A stretch of DNA of 64,000 nt from Phycisphaerae bacterium (GCA_963666835.2 CAXXGO010000001.1:768001-832000), one strand, 5' to 3'; shown: positions 19,874-33,082, numbered from the stretch's first letter. The notes: generated by a model from the sequence alone, not told the origin. Program-made: numbers and translations.

Positions 19874-21291
19874 CTACGGACAAGCCGCCGGGGCGCTGAA
19901 CGGATAGGTCAGCCCCGAGAACGCATTGACCACCCGCTGGACATCCGTCATATTCACGACCGTGTTGGGTGTCTGCGGATCGACATCTACCCAGGTCAAA
20001 TGCGGCGAGGTCGCCGCGCCGCCGAAGTACTGCACTACTGCCTGAAGGTCACTCATATTGACCAGGCCGTCCGCGGGCGTCCAGGCGGATACCGCAAAAC
20101 CGCCGACGCAATCAGCCCACCATTTCGGTGTCGGTCTCGGCGTAGCAGGCAAGGCAAGCGCCGGCGAATAGCTGGCCTCGTCGGCAATATCACAGGTGGC
20201 TTCGATGGCCTGGACGTCATAGACCTCGTTCGGAGATACGGCGCACCCGGCAGCATGTACAACCGGCTCGGTCCACACCCGATATACCGGTGCGTTCACC
20301 AAGTACGACACCCATACCCCCGGGGCGGCGAGGAACGGCGTGTCCAGCCACCAATACCGGCCGCTGGCAGGATGCTTCACGCGCAGCGCCACGGTCGCCC
20401 CCGGATTGTTCGGTTCAAACGAAAGGTACCGGTTCTTCGGCGCGTAACAGACACTGTTAATACACACGGCCTCGTTGGTACAATCAGTATCCAGGATGCA
20501 GGGTGTTGAATAGACCTCCGGCTGTGGTTGCAGTGCGATCGGGCAGACGGACTCCTCTCCGATAATCTGAAACGCCATATCGATGGACTCGCCCATGAAC
20601 TGATGTCCGGGCGGATAGCGCAACTCTTGCCACATGTCCGGCGGCGGATCATGCTCTGTACTCCAGACCGCGTCATCATTCCAGTGTTCCAACGAGGTCT
20701 TCCATCCGAACAGCGCCCCCGGATCCAAAGGGTTGGCCTGCACGTCAAGCCAGTACACGATCGGGTCCTGCGCCGTACCCTGCTGGGTGAAGTCGGACGG
20801 GTCGAGATAGAAGGTGTACTCCCAACAGATCGTATCGGCCGGGAAGAAGTACATATCCGGCGGGTCCATCCAGCCCTCCATGATCCCGGGTGTATCAACA
20901 TCCACTGTGAACTCGCCGGGCACGAACGTCCGCATCCACAGGAGTGGTCCCGGCACGCTCCAGCCTTGGGGACCCGCAGGAATGTCCGAGTGAATACTGA
21001 GCGTGAATTCCACCATCATAGGATCACCGCCCATCGGCAGGTAATCCTCAAGCCAGGAACCCCACACGTGAATCTCGGTTAGCGGGCCCGAGGCCTCACA
21101 CAGAAAATCGTCGGCCAGAACGTACCCCATCATGGCATTGGCGTTGATATCAATACCGGTCTCAAACAGATCCGGAAACTGGGTCCACTTGACGATTTCC
21201 GGTCCGCCGCCCTGCTGGTTGTATTTGATCGTCGCGTAGTCGCCGCCGCTGTAACCGGTGACATAGACGCTGTCTGCGTCATATACATCGA
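19874..21291 (-). pseudogene. 3' part of an IS-interrupted secreted protein (last SBBP-type repeat, KWTQxPD...LADDF domain, conserved C-terminal module)
   Basis: Removing the IS and one TSD copy restores the frame: ...AMAIDV-YDADSVYVTGYSGGDYATIKY...KWTQFPDL...MMGYVLADDF. Confidence 0.88.
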
Positions 21292-22333
21292 CCTGATTCT
21301 CTACTTGACTCCGGCGGCTAAGTACGGTATTTGTTAGGGCTTACGATTTCATGGTTCATGGAGGAGGTCGGCCATGTCTGACGAGATTCGCCCGAAGCAT
21401 CCCGTGCCCAAGATCTTGGATGTAGCGTCGTTTATGCGTCGCTTCGGAGATGATGCGGCCTGTGCCGCGTATCTGCGAAAGGCTCGCTGGGGACCGAACC
21501 TGGAACGGTTCGTCTGCCCGGACTGTGGGCATAACCGCGGATGGTGGCTCCCGACCCGAGGGCTCGTCGAGTGCCGGGAGTGTCACCATCAGACCTCACC
21601 GACGGCCGGCACGGTGTTTCACGGTGCCCGCGTGCCGCTCTGGAAGTGGTTCTGGGCTATGTATCAAGAGGCTCACTCGAAGAAAGGCCTCGCGGCCACG
21701 GCGTTGGCCAAGCAGATCCAGGTCTGCTACCAGACTGCCTGGATGATGCTGCAGAAGCTCCGCGAGGCCATGCGTCAACGATGCCAACGTTATGTCCTGC
21801 AGGGACTTGTGGAGGTCGACGAGACATACGTTGGCGGCCGGGAACCGGGTCGGCCGGGGCGTGGAGTGGAGAAGAAGGTCCCAGTGGGAGTGGCCGTCGA
21901 GCTTGACGAGAACGACCGGCCTAAGCGAATCGCCATTCAGGGACTGAAAAGCGTCGACGCTCGAAGCCTGAGGGGTTTCACGACGAGACACGTAGCGAAG
22001 GGCTCATGTCTCCGGACGGACGGATGGGGAAGTTACGTTTCAGTGGCCAAGGCCGGGTACGAGCACGAGGCAATCGTGACGGGCGGTGGGAAGAATGCGG
22101 TTCAAATTTTCCCCTGGGTTCACACCTTCATCGGCAACCTGAAGCGGATGATTGTGGGCACATATCACAGCGTTTCGCCCAAACACCTCGACCGTTACCT
22201 GGCCGCGTTCACCTATCGGGCCAACCGTCGCTGGATGGAAGCAAAACTCTTCGATCGCCTTGTTATCGCGGCCGTAGCTGCCAAACCACTGACATTAAAG
22301 GAGTTAACCACCGGAGCGAGGTAGAGAATCAGG
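21292..22333 (+). mobile_element. Complete IS1595-family insertion sequence (1042 bp)
   Basis: Terminal IRs CCTGATTCTCTACTTGACTCCGG and reverse complement CCTGATTCTCTACCTCGCTCCGG (20/23); 8-bp TSD TACATCGA at 21284-21291 and 22334-22341. Confidence 0.95.
21374..22324 (+). CDS. IS1595-family transposase
   Basis: Zn ribbon CPDC...CREC, TAGTVFH, EVDETYVGG, TDGWGSY, YHSVSPKHLDRYL; GGAGGAGG RBS; stop lies inside the right IR. Confidence 0.93.
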   Translation: MSDEIRPKHPVPKILDVASFMRRFGDDAACAAYLRKARWGPNLERFVCPDCGHNRGWWLPTRGLVECRECHHQTSPTAGTVFHGARVPLWKWFWAMYQEAHSKKGLAATALAKQIQVCYQTAWMMLQKLREAMRQRCQRYVLQGLVEVDETYVGGREPGRPGRGVEKKVPVGVAVELDENDRPKRIAIQGLKSVDARSLRGFTTRHVAKGSCLRTDGWGSYVSVAKAGYEHEAIVTGGGKNAVQIFPWVHTFIGNLKRMIVGTYHSVSPKHLDRYLAAFTYRANRRWMEAKLFDRLVIAAVAAKPLTLKELTTGAR

Positions 22334-23587
22334 TACATCGATTGCCATCGCCTGATCGGCGTAATCAGTCCCGCCGTTGTAACGCATGGCCCATTGTTCT
22401 GCGCCGGAAGAGTCATACATCACGGTGGCATAGTCCCAGTTGTTGGCCGTGCCGCGGCTTTCCCCGGTCACGTAAACATTGCACGGGCTCTCATCGTCGA
22501 TGGCGATATCATAAGCGTTGTCGTCATATCCGGTGCCGTCGTAACGGCTTGCCCACTGCTGAGTGCCGGAAGCATCGTATTTGATCGTTACGTAGTCGTT
22601 GCCGGTTGCCGCCCCGGCGCTTTCGCCGGTAACATACAAGTTGGCCGCGCTGTCCACGACTATTGCGTGGGCAGTATCGAAGCCGCCCGTCCCGTCATAT
22701 CGGCGGGCCCATTGTTGAGCACCGTTCGAGTTGGCGAACTTCACCGTGGCGATATCGTAATCAGTGCCCGAGCCCATACTGTAGCCGGTGACGTACGCGT
22801 TGCCGGAGGAATCAACCGCGACGGCTTCGGCGGTGTCGTTCAGGTCTCCAGTCACCGGGCCGTCGTAATAGGCCGCCCAGTACTCGGTCGCCAACGTCGG
22901 GTCGCACTTGACCGTGAAATAGTCGGGGCCGTTCGTGCCGGTCGCATAGACATTGTTGCCGGCGCTGTCCAGTGACACGCCCATAGCATATCCGCCACCG
23001 TATATTCGCACGTATTGCTGGGTACCGGCGGAGTCATACCTGAGCATGATGAAGTTGTCACCGCTTCTGCCCACGACGTAAACATCCCCGGAGCTACCTA
23101 CGGTGATGTCGTAACCTTCGTCATAGCGATCATCGGGGGCGCCGCCGGCATACTTGGCGCTCCACTGGAAGACTCCGGTGGTGTTGTATTTGACGGTCAG
23201 AATGTCGTAACCCGTCATCCCCGAGCCGGTGGCGGTGTTGCCGGTAATGTAGACATTCCCCGAGATGTCAACGGCGATGGCCAAGGCAACGTCGCCGAGG
23301 TCACTCCCCGGATTGTAGTTGTAGCGTCGCACCCACAACTCGCTGCCGGCCGAGTCATACTTTGCCGTGGCACATTCCCAACCGTCGCCGCCAATGTAGC
23401 CGGTCACATAGACATTACCGGCGGCGTCCGTGGTAATGTCCTGTGCGTAATCGCTTTGCCCGCCGTCGTACCGGGCGACCCATTCTTGAGCTGCCTGCGT
23501 TGATGTGCCGGCCAGCAATGCGGTGCCTGCAAGCAGCAGGCCCAAGGGCCAAGTTTGTTTTGTGATGTTCATCGTGTTTGTCTTCAT
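22334..23587 (-). pseudogene. 5' part of an IS-interrupted secreted SBBP-repeat (beta-propeller) protein
   Basis: Signal peptide, then repeated (I/V)AVDxxGNxYVTG...TxKYDxxG..W..RY units; truncated by the IS at 22333. Confidence 0.88.
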
Positions 23588-24004
23588 TCAGATGTGAGTA
23601 CGGACCTAGTAAGAACGCGCATGCTCTGCACGGTCGGTGCGGAAACGCTGATGGGTCAATCGGGCCGTGTTCTGAAAATGGTCGATGCAGGGATTGGGCC
23701 GAACTGGTCAACACATCGCAAGCAGCGGATCCTGCTTCCACGATCGTCTCTGCGAAACGAGATTTGTCGCCGGCCAAAGCGAACGGAAATGAGTATACGT
23801 GGGCGCACTGCTTACGGCAAGCCAGAAGGCGCGTTTGGAGGGCGAGTCGCATTAACCTGACCGTTCTTGCGGCGCGTAAGATGGCAGTCCCACGTACGTG
23901 CGCCCCGGCCTACATGGCGAGCTGGAAATCGTGCCAGGAAGATGGTCACGGCGTGAGTCGGGCCGTGGTGTGTTTACGAGCGCCTGCGGCGAGGCCGCGC
24001 CAGG

Positions 24005-24418
24005 CTAACGTGGCGTCTTATTAGTAGCCAGCCGAATTTGGATCTGGCTGCGCTGGATTGCGCGGGTGCGGGCTTTGTAAGAATTCTCGTCGGTGATCTT
24101 CATAGCGCGAGCTTCGATTAAGGCCTCTTCGGCCGCGGCGGGGTCGATGTCCTCTGGGCGGCCGGCTTGCTCGGTCAAGATTGTCAGACGGTTGTCAACT
24201 ACCTGCGCGAAGCCCCCGTCGATATACATCGTGTGGTTCTCGGTCGGTGCCTCAATGCGGAGGCGGCCTACGCCCAGCTTGCAGAGCAGGGGGGACCGGT
24301 TGAACAGCACGCCCATCTCGCCGTCGTGGGCGGGAAAGGCCACGAACGTTGCCGCGCACTCCACCATGGTCCGCTCCGGCGTAACCACACTGCACTGAAA
24401 AGTATCGCTCTTGGCCAT
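24005..24418 (-). CDS. atpC: ATP synthase epsilon subunit
   Basis: VVTPER, GEMGVL, IDGGFAQV, LTILTE; last gene of the operon. Confidence 0.93.
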   Translation of the reverse strand: MAKSDTFQCSVVTPERTMVECAATFVAFPAHDGEMGVLFNRSPLLCKLGVGRLRIEAPTENHTMYIDGGFAQVVDNRLTILTEQAGRPEDIDPAAAEEALIEARAMKITDENSYKARTRAIQRSQIQIRLATNKTPR

Positions 24419-24458
24419 CAGTTACTCGCAAAAATCAACCTGACACCCTTTTAGAGGG

Positions 24459-26875
<2,417 letters not shown>

Positions 26876-26927
26876 CGATCCGTCGCTTCCCCCGCCGCCG
26901 CATCATCTGCGCCGGCGGACTCGGTCG

Positions 26928-28646
26928 TTACTTGCCCGTAAACTGCGTTTTGAAATCGCCGATGAGCTTGCGGAGCTTCTCCGTGATCTCGTCGGTCATC
27001 TCGCCTTTCTCTTCCAAATCCTTAACGACATCCGCGTGGCTATCGCGAACGTGCTGCAGCAGAGCCGCCTCGAATTCCTGGACCTTGTTGATCGGTAGAT
27101 TGTCGAGGAACCCCTGGGCTCCCGCGAATATGCTGATCACCTGATCGTTAATGTGGTAGGGCGTGTACTGCGGTTGTTTCAACAACTCAACCATGCGCTG
27201 GCCGCGGTCGAGTTGGCGCTGCGTAGCCGCATCAAGGTCCGTACCCAGTTGGGCAAACGCCTCCAACTCGCGGAACGAAGCCAGATCGAGCCGCAATGAG
27301 CCGGCGATCTTCTTCATGGCCTTCCGCTGGGCGTTACCCCCGACGCGGGATACGCTGATCCCCACATTGATCGCCGGCCGCACGCCGGCGAAGAACAGAT
27401 CCGGCTCCAGATAGATCTGGCCGTCGGTGATCGAGATCACGTTGGTCGGAATATACGCGGACACTTCGCCTTCCAGCGTTTCGATGATCGGCAGTGCGGT
27501 AAGTGAACCCCCGCTATCGGGGAAGTGGTGTACGCGGTACTTGTCCTTGTCCGGCATGGAGTTATGCCACGCGGTTGCTTTTTCGAGCCCTAACGGCCGG
27601 TGGAAAAGCCCGTCTGTGTCGTCCGGACGATGTTCCTTCGGAGCTTTGAGCCCCTCGGGGTGCTTGACCGTTACGCTGCGGTCGCGGCAATCCTCGGCCG
27701 TGCCCGCCGGAACGACTGCATACTCGTCACGCAGCTTAACGCTACGTTCCAGCAAACGCGAATGCAGATAGAAAACGTCTCCGGGATACGCCTCACGTCC
27801 TGGAGGCCGGCGCAGCAGCAGCGAAAGCTGCCGGTAGGCGTGGGCTTGTTTGGAGAGGTCGTCATAGATGCACAACGTGGCGCGGCCTTCCTGGTACATG
27901 AAGTACTCGGCCATCGCCGCCCCGGCGTACGGGGCGATGTACTGCAGCGGGGCGGGGTCGGCGGCGGAGGAGGAAACGACAATCGTGTAGTCCATCGCTC
28001 CCATCTGGGTGAGCTTGTCGACCACGCCGGCGACCGTAGATTCCTTCTGCCCCACGGCCACATAGATGCAGATGACGTCGCCGCCTTTTTGGTTGATGAT
28101 GGTGTCGACCACGATGGCGGTCTTGCCGGTCTTGCGGTCGCCGATGATAAGCTCACGCTGCCCGCGCCCGATGGGAATCATGCTGTCGATAGCCTTGATG
28201 CCGGTTTGCAGCGGTTCGTTGACCGGCTGGCGCTCGGCGATACCGGGGGCTTTGAGCTCGAGCGGCCCGCGGTGCGGAGTCTCGATGGGCCCCTTGCCGT
28301 CCAGCGGGCGTCCGAGCGGATCGACCACGCGGCCGATCATCGCTTCCCCGCACGGGACGCTGAGCAGTTCACCCGTGCGCCGGACTTCATCGCCCTCCTT
28401 GATGCCGAGGTAGTCCCCGAGAATCACGGCGCCGACGGAGTTCTCTTCGAGGTTGAACACCTGGCCGAACTGCCGGTTGGCGAATTCCAGCCGTTCACCC
28501 GCCATCGCGTTCTGCAGCCCGTAGATCCGCGCGATTCCGTCGCCGACCTCGAGCACCTTGCCGACCTCGGCCACGTCGACCTCACTGCGGTATTGGCGAA
28601 TCTCTTCACTGATTACCGAGGAGATCTCGTCGACTTTGAATTTCAT
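26928..28646 (-). CDS. atpA: ATP synthase alpha subunit with a long loop insertion
   Basis: [48 protein letters not shown]. Confidence 0.98.
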   Translation of the reverse strand: MKFKVDEISSVISEEIRQYRSEVDVAEVGKVLEVGDGIARIYGLQNAMAGERLEFANRQFGQVFNLEENSVGAVILGDYLGIKEGDEVRRTGELLSVPCGEAMIGRVVDPLGRPLDGKGPIETPHRGPLELKAPGIAERQPVNEPLQTGIKAIDSMIPIGRGQRELIIGDRKTGKTAIVVDTIINQKGGDVICIYVAVGQKESTVAGVVDKLTQMGAMDYTIVVSSSAADPAPLQYIAPYAGAAMAEYFMYQEGRATLCIYDDLSKQAHAYRQLSLLLRRPPGREAYPGDVFYLHSRLLERSVKLRDEYAVVPAGTAEDCRDRSVTVKHPEGLKAPKEHRPDDTDGLFHRPLGLEKATAWHNSMPDKDKYRVHHFPDSGGSLTALPIIETLEGEVSAYIPTNVISITDGQIYLEPDLFFAGVRPAINVGISVSRVGGNAQRKAMKKIAGSLRLDLASFRELEAFAQLGTDLDAATQRQLDRGQRMVELLKQPQYTPYHINDQVISIFAGAQGFLDNLPINKVQEFEAALLQHVRDSHADVVKDLEEKGEMTDEITEKLRKLIGDFKTQFTGK

Positions 28647-28739
28647 ATATCTACCTTTGCCTTGTGGCACCTATCCGGCAAGACGCCGGTGATTCCGGGT
28701 GGTCAGCCCTCGATCCTTGGCGGAAGCGTTACGGCGGCG

Positions 28740-29342
28740 TCAGCCCGCTTCGATAACGTATGCCCCGCCCTCGTGAGCTTCGACCGACGCCCGTTCGGCG
28801 AGGGAATCCGCCAGTTTTCTCAATCGCGTTGACACGCTCGTGTCAAGTTGCCGGTCACCGATCCGAATGACCACCCCGGCGATGATCGATTCGTCAACGG
28901 TCTCGACCAGCCGGGCTTCTTTGCCGGCGAACTCGCCGGTAACCGTCTTCAGTCTATCTCGCAGAGAATCAGTCAGTGCTGTGGCCGTGCGCACATGTAC
29001 GTCCACCACGCCGCGCCGGTCCTGATGGGCCAGGCGGTAGGCTTCCACGACGCTGCGCAGAATACCCGCACGGTCTTTACGGTTCAGCACCTGCAGTGAG
29101 TCTACGAGTAAGTCGCTGGCCCTCCCGCGAAAGATCTTCTGGATCGACGCGCGGCGCACTTCGGGATCTACCATCGGGCTGGCGAGGAAGGTCTCGAACT
29201 CCGGGTTACCGTCGAGGACGGTCACCAGATCGAGCAACTCCTCGAGCAGCGCGTCGGCCTGACCCTGCGCCTCGGCGAGTTCGAACATCGCCCCGCCATA
29301 CACCCGCGCCAGAGCGAATTCCTTGTCGCTTGCTTCAGCCAT
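28740..29342 (-). CDS. atpH: ATP synthase delta subunit
   Basis: ARVY..A, FLASP, VDESIIAGVVIRIGDRQLDTSV; operon position. Confidence 0.92.
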   Translation of the reverse strand: MAEASDKEFALARVYGGAMFELAEAQGQADALLEELLDLVTVLDGNPEFETFLASPMVDPEVRRASIQKIFRGRASDLLVDSLQVLNRKDRAGILRSVVEAYRLAHQDRRGVVDVHVRTATALTDSLRDRLKTVTGEFAGKEARLVETVDESIIAGVVIRIGDRQLDTSVSTRLRKLADSLAERASVEAHEGGAYVIEAG

Positions 29343-29377
29343 TGACTTTCATCCACAGCGCCGCCGGAGCTTCCGCG

Positions 29378-30022
29378 TCAGTTCCGACTCATCTTGCTCA
29401 ACTCGTCGATCGACTCGGCAATCAACCGCTCGTGTTCCTTGGCATTCAGCTCTTTGCGAACGATACGCGAAGCGACTTCGACTGCGAGCCTCCCGCCTAC
29501 GTCACAAATCTCCTTGACCGCTGACGCCGTCGCCAAGTCAATCTCGCGCTTGGCGCGATCGATCATGGCTTTAGCTTCGTTCTTGGCCTCTTCCTCGATC
29601 GCTAACCGGGCGGCTTCGGCATTGCGCCGCGCCTCGTCGAGCACGTCCTTGGCCTCAGTCGAAGCGGCCTTGAGCTTCTCGTCATACTCTTTGAGCCTGG
29701 CTTCCGCGGCCTCGCGGTCTTCTTTCGCTTTTTCGAGCGAGCCGCGAATGAAATCCTCGCGTTTCTGGAGAGCTTGCAGAATCGGGCCCCAGGCGAACTT
29801 CCCCAAAACGAGCACAACGAGAGCGAAGATGAGCAGCGTCCACACCGCCACCCCGACGTCACCCGAGAAAAGTCCCGGTTCCGCTCCTCCGCCGGATGCA
29901 AAAGCCTCAGAGGTGGTCGCCAGGAAAACGAGACCGGCCGGCATTATCCTTGTCATACCATCACTCGCCATCGACATCGCCCGCGAAGCTTTCGGCCGCC
30001 GGGCTGCCAGTTTCAGATACAT
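29378..30022 (-). CDS. atpF: ATP synthase b subunit with N-terminal extension
   Basis: WTLLIF..LGKFAWGPIL..L..RE followed by a coiled coil; GAGGGG RBS before ATG 30022 (alternative start 29956). Confidence 0.92.
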   Translation of the reverse strand: MYLKLAARRPKASRAMSMASDGMTRIMPAGLVFLATTSEAFASGGGAEPGLFSGDVGVAVWTLLIFALVVLVLGKFAWGPILQALQKREDFIRGSLEKAKEDREAAEARLKEYDEKLKAASTEAKDVLDEARRNAEAARLAIEEEAKNEAKAMIDRAKREIDLATASAVKEICDVGGRLAVEVASRIVRKELNAKEHERLIAESIDELSKMSRN

Positions 30023-30059
30023 GCGTCCCCTCAAATCGAAGGGACACACCCGCGGCCTG

Positions 30060-30419
30060 CTACATGGCGGCCAGAAGCCCGACGACAACGCCGAACAACG
30101 TAACACCCTCGATCATGGCGGCGGTGATGATCATGGCCGTGCTGATACTGCCCGAAGCCTCCGGTTGCCGCGCCATCGACTCGACGGCGCTTCCGCCGAT
30201 ACGACCGATTCCGGCTCCGCCGCCCATGACGACCAGCCCGGCACCGATAGCCCCGCCGATCTTCCCGGCACCTTCCGTCGAGAGGAAGGTGGCGTTGTCT
30301 GCGTGGGCGGCCTCGGCTTCGGTTTCGGCCGGTTCCGTGGCGGTGGCCACGCCAGCGAACATCAGAACAAACCCGGCCAGGATCATCCCCAGAATGATCT
30401 TCGAGAATCTCTTGCTCAT
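30060..30419 (-). CDS. atpE: ATP synthase c subunit, H+-type, with signal-like N-terminal extension
   Basis: GxGxG motif, ARQPE loop, essential Glu in MIEGV. Confidence 0.95.
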   Translation of the reverse strand: MSKRFSKIILGMILAGFVLMFAGVATATEPAETEAEAAHADNATFLSTEGAGKIGGAIGAGLVVMGGGAGIGRIGGSAVESMARQPEASGSISTAMIITAAMIEGVTLFGVVVGLLAAM

Positions 30420-30550
30420 AGTCGTACGATCCTTACGTCAGTGGCGGTTGGGTGGGGCCGCCCGCCCAAGCTCGATTCGCCATCGCAGTCACGCCTTACG
30501 ACCCGAGTGCCCCACGCATATCCGGGCATGGCGAATATTCGGTTTACCAG

Positions 30551-31435
30551 CTAATGCGCGTGGGCCTCCTCATGCTCAGCGTCGTGGTGGAATACTACGG
30601 ACATCCCAATGAATAATGTCGTCAGGAAGGTGAAGATAAACGCCTGCAGAAAGGCCACGAATAACTCAAGGAGTATGATGGCAACACTGCCCAATACTAC
30701 CGGGACGGCGACGGCGAATCCGCCCCCCGCACCGATGGTCGTGCCGGCACTGATGATGAAACTCAAGAGCACCGCCAGCAGAATATGCCCTGCCACCATG
30801 TTGGCAAAAAGTCGCACCGCCAGGGCGAAGATCTTCGCCACGAGCCCCACTATCTCTACCGGGACCAACAGCGGCGCCAGCCAGAGCGGGCCCGGGCAGA
30901 AGTGGGCGATGTATTGCATGCCGCCCAGCCGTACACCATTGATTACCATCAGCGCCATAGTCATCAACGCCAGTGATGCGGTGACGAAGATGTTACCCGT
31001 AGCCGTCCCGCCAAGGTGCGTGCCGAAGAGTGCGCTGATCGGCGCAATCGGAAGCAGCCCGAGCAGATTGATGGTCAGGATGAAGAAGAACACGCTCCAG
31101 ATGTACTTAATGAAGCGGTCAGTGTGTTGCTGCAACGCCGGCTCGGCCACCTCTTTGCGGAGGTACTGGCAGATGGCCTCGATGAAGTTCACGAAGCCGG
31201 TTGGGACCATTCCGTCGATATCGTTCGAGCCGCGCAGCCGGCGAACCGCCCGTGGAACGAAGAGGATCAACAGCATTCCGGCGACCATCATCATTATGAT
31301 CTGGTCGCTGAGCAGGGTGACTACGCCTTCCGGAGTCAACAGGCCGTGGATGTCGCCCTCGACCGTGAAAAGCGGATGTTGCACGACGTGATCGAGCGGA
31401 CTCCCGCTGGCTAGAAATCCTGGCGCCATGCTCAT
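30551..31435 (-). CDS. atpB: ATP synthase a subunit
   Basis: NLLGLLP, TATGN, FALAVRLFANMVAGH, ELFVAFLQAFIF; ATGA overlap with the upstream gene. Confidence 0.95.
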   Translation of the reverse strand: MSMAPGFLASGSPLDHVVQHPLFTVEGDIHGLLTPEGVVTLLSDQIIMMMVAGMLLILFVPRAVRRLRGSNDIDGMVPTGFVNFIEAICQYLRKEVAEPALQQHTDRFIKYIWSVFFFILTINLLGLLPIAPISALFGTHLGGTATGNIFVTASLALMTMALMVINGVRLGGMQYIAHFCPGPLWLAPLLVPVEIVGLVAKIFALAVRLFANMVAGHILLAVLLSFIISAGTTIGAGGGFAVAVPVVLGSVAIILLELFVAFLQAFIFTFLTTLFIGMSVVFHHDAEHEEAHAH

Positions 31436-31854
31436 GACTTCTCCGGGATAGGAGCCGAACCGCCCAACCGGACGGCGTAAGCCGTGTCCACAAACAGGAA
31501 GACTACGTAGCTTATCGCTACCCAAAGCAACAACGGACCGCGCTCGAACCAACCGCTCAGGACAACCGCCACCGCCAACAATGCAACGACCGCAAGCCGC
31601 AGAGCCGTCGCCAGGAGCACGGCGTTCGGCATTACCCGGGCCGGTCGGCCGGCCGCCCGCAAGATCGGGATCACTCCCACCAGGCTGCCGAGGGCGCTTA
31701 TCGAACACCCCGCGATCATTGCCGGTAGCGCGTCGGCTCCTCCCACGCGTCTGGTCGGAACGTATCCGACTGCCATCAAGATGACAGCACAAACGACCAC
31801 CAAGGCCGCCAGTCGCAAGGCATGTCCGATAGCCGGAAAACGGTTGTCCGTCAT
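31432..31854 (-). CDS. atpI: ATP synthase subunit I-like 4-TM protein
   Basis: Four hydrophobic segments, directly upstream of atpB and translationally coupled. Confidence 0.65.
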   Translation of the reverse strand: MTDNRFPAIGHALRLAALVVVCAVILMAVGYVPTRRVGGADALPAMIAGCSISALGSLVGVIPILRAAGRPARVMPNAVLLATALRLAVVALLAVAVVLSGWFERGPLLLWVAISYVVFLFVDTAYAVRLGGSAPIPEKS

Positions 31855-32111
31855 CTCTCCTTATCGTCCGAATCTGTGGACGCGTCCTGTTGGGCGGCTT
31901 CCCTAGTCGCCGCCAGCGCCTCGCGGATCAAGTTGTATCCGCCGCCGACTATTCCAAGCCCCGCGCCAATCAGCAGGCCCAGCCGGTCGTTACCGTAGTG
32001 TCGGCCAACCCAGTAGCCGACGAGGGTAAACCCGATCACCGCGGCTCCGAACTCCACCCCCATGCCGGACCACCGGATCCAACGCACACGGTCTCTTTTG
32101 GCGTCCGACAT
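31851..32111 (-). CDS. AtpZ/AtpQ (ATPase gene 1) 2-TM protein
   Basis: G(V)EF..AV.G.TL.GYW....G...LLIG.GLG..GG.YNL pattern; first gene of the operon. Confidence 0.75.
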   Translation of the reverse strand: MSDAKRDRVRWIRWSGMGVEFGAAVIGFTLVGYWVGRHYGNDRLGLLIGAGLGIVGGGYNLIREALAATREAAQQDASTDSDDKER

Positions 32112-32863
32112 CCTCGGGAATATAACCACGGATTATCGGACACACTACCTCGAAAAGAGAAATCCTCCGGAGCCGGCCGGGCTGAGGCCAACCTGCGCGT
32201 GTCTACCGCGGGGTACAAGCCCGGCATGCCCGTACTGTCGCCATCCCGATGGCGGAGTCGTCTTCGTACCGGTCCACCGCCGATCTCGCGTAAGGCTCCG
32301 TTTGCGGGTATGGGCTATCAGGGTCGACCGGGCGACCCTCCACCACCGACACGGCCGGCGGCCAAGTTCCCTATCGCCTGCACCGGCAACCGACTTCCCA
32401 GGCAGGACCTCTTGTGGGGGGGGTATGCCCTTAACCTATTGCTTGCGCGAAGGTTGTCGGTTGTGCGCCGTCTTGAGAGACTGGGGATCCGGAGTCTCTG
32501 TGGCTGTCCTGAGCGGGCTCCCGGGAGTTGGACATACCTGTCGGCCCCGGCGGGTGCGTCTTCCTCGGCCGACCTTTTGCTCGCCTCTGTTGTAAGCCCG
32601 TGCAAGAACTGCGTGGTCGATGGAGGAGGATGATCTGCGCGCGCCGGGGACGTGCTTCCTTGCTGCGTTCGCCCTGGGTTTCGTTGTTGGACCTTCGGCG
32701 TTGGGCACGTCCCTCACTTGCCGGAGCTCGGGAAGGCGTCACTCGGCTCTGCTCGACCTTCGGCATCAGGAACGAGGCTCGCCTTCCAGCGTGGGCGACG
32801 GTAACGCTGCATGCAACGTGCCTCCGTGTAGGCGAATAACGTAATCTTCTACCGCGGCTTGGG

Positions 32864-33082
32864 GGCATCGGTCATGTGATCTGAATGTGCGGTCCGCTGC
32901 CATCTGTAGAACCCTGTCAGGGTTCGATGAGCTCAGTTGTCCGGACACCCAGGGTGGCGCTTCGCGGCCGCGCCGCGGCGCTTACCCTGGGCTTTGTTGT
33001 ATAACGCCTTCGGCGTTGGTTTCGCGGGTGGTCCGGCGAAGGCAAGCAAGATGTCCCGTGAGAGTACGCTGTATAACGCCTG
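32864..33082 (+). repeat. ~220-bp structured repeat, copy 1 (REP-like; direct repeat of 34001-34215)
   Basis: GGCATCGG..GTGATC.GAATGTGCGG.CCGC...ATCTGTAGA.CCCTGTCAGGGTTCGATGAGCT...CCCAGGGTGGCGCTT...GCTTACCCTGGGCTTTGT.GTATAACGCC shared with copy 2. Confidence 0.85.

Noticed and set aside
27513..27731. Intein in AtpA
   Set aside because: Too short and lacks an N-terminal C/S and a C-terminal HN + C/S/T signature.
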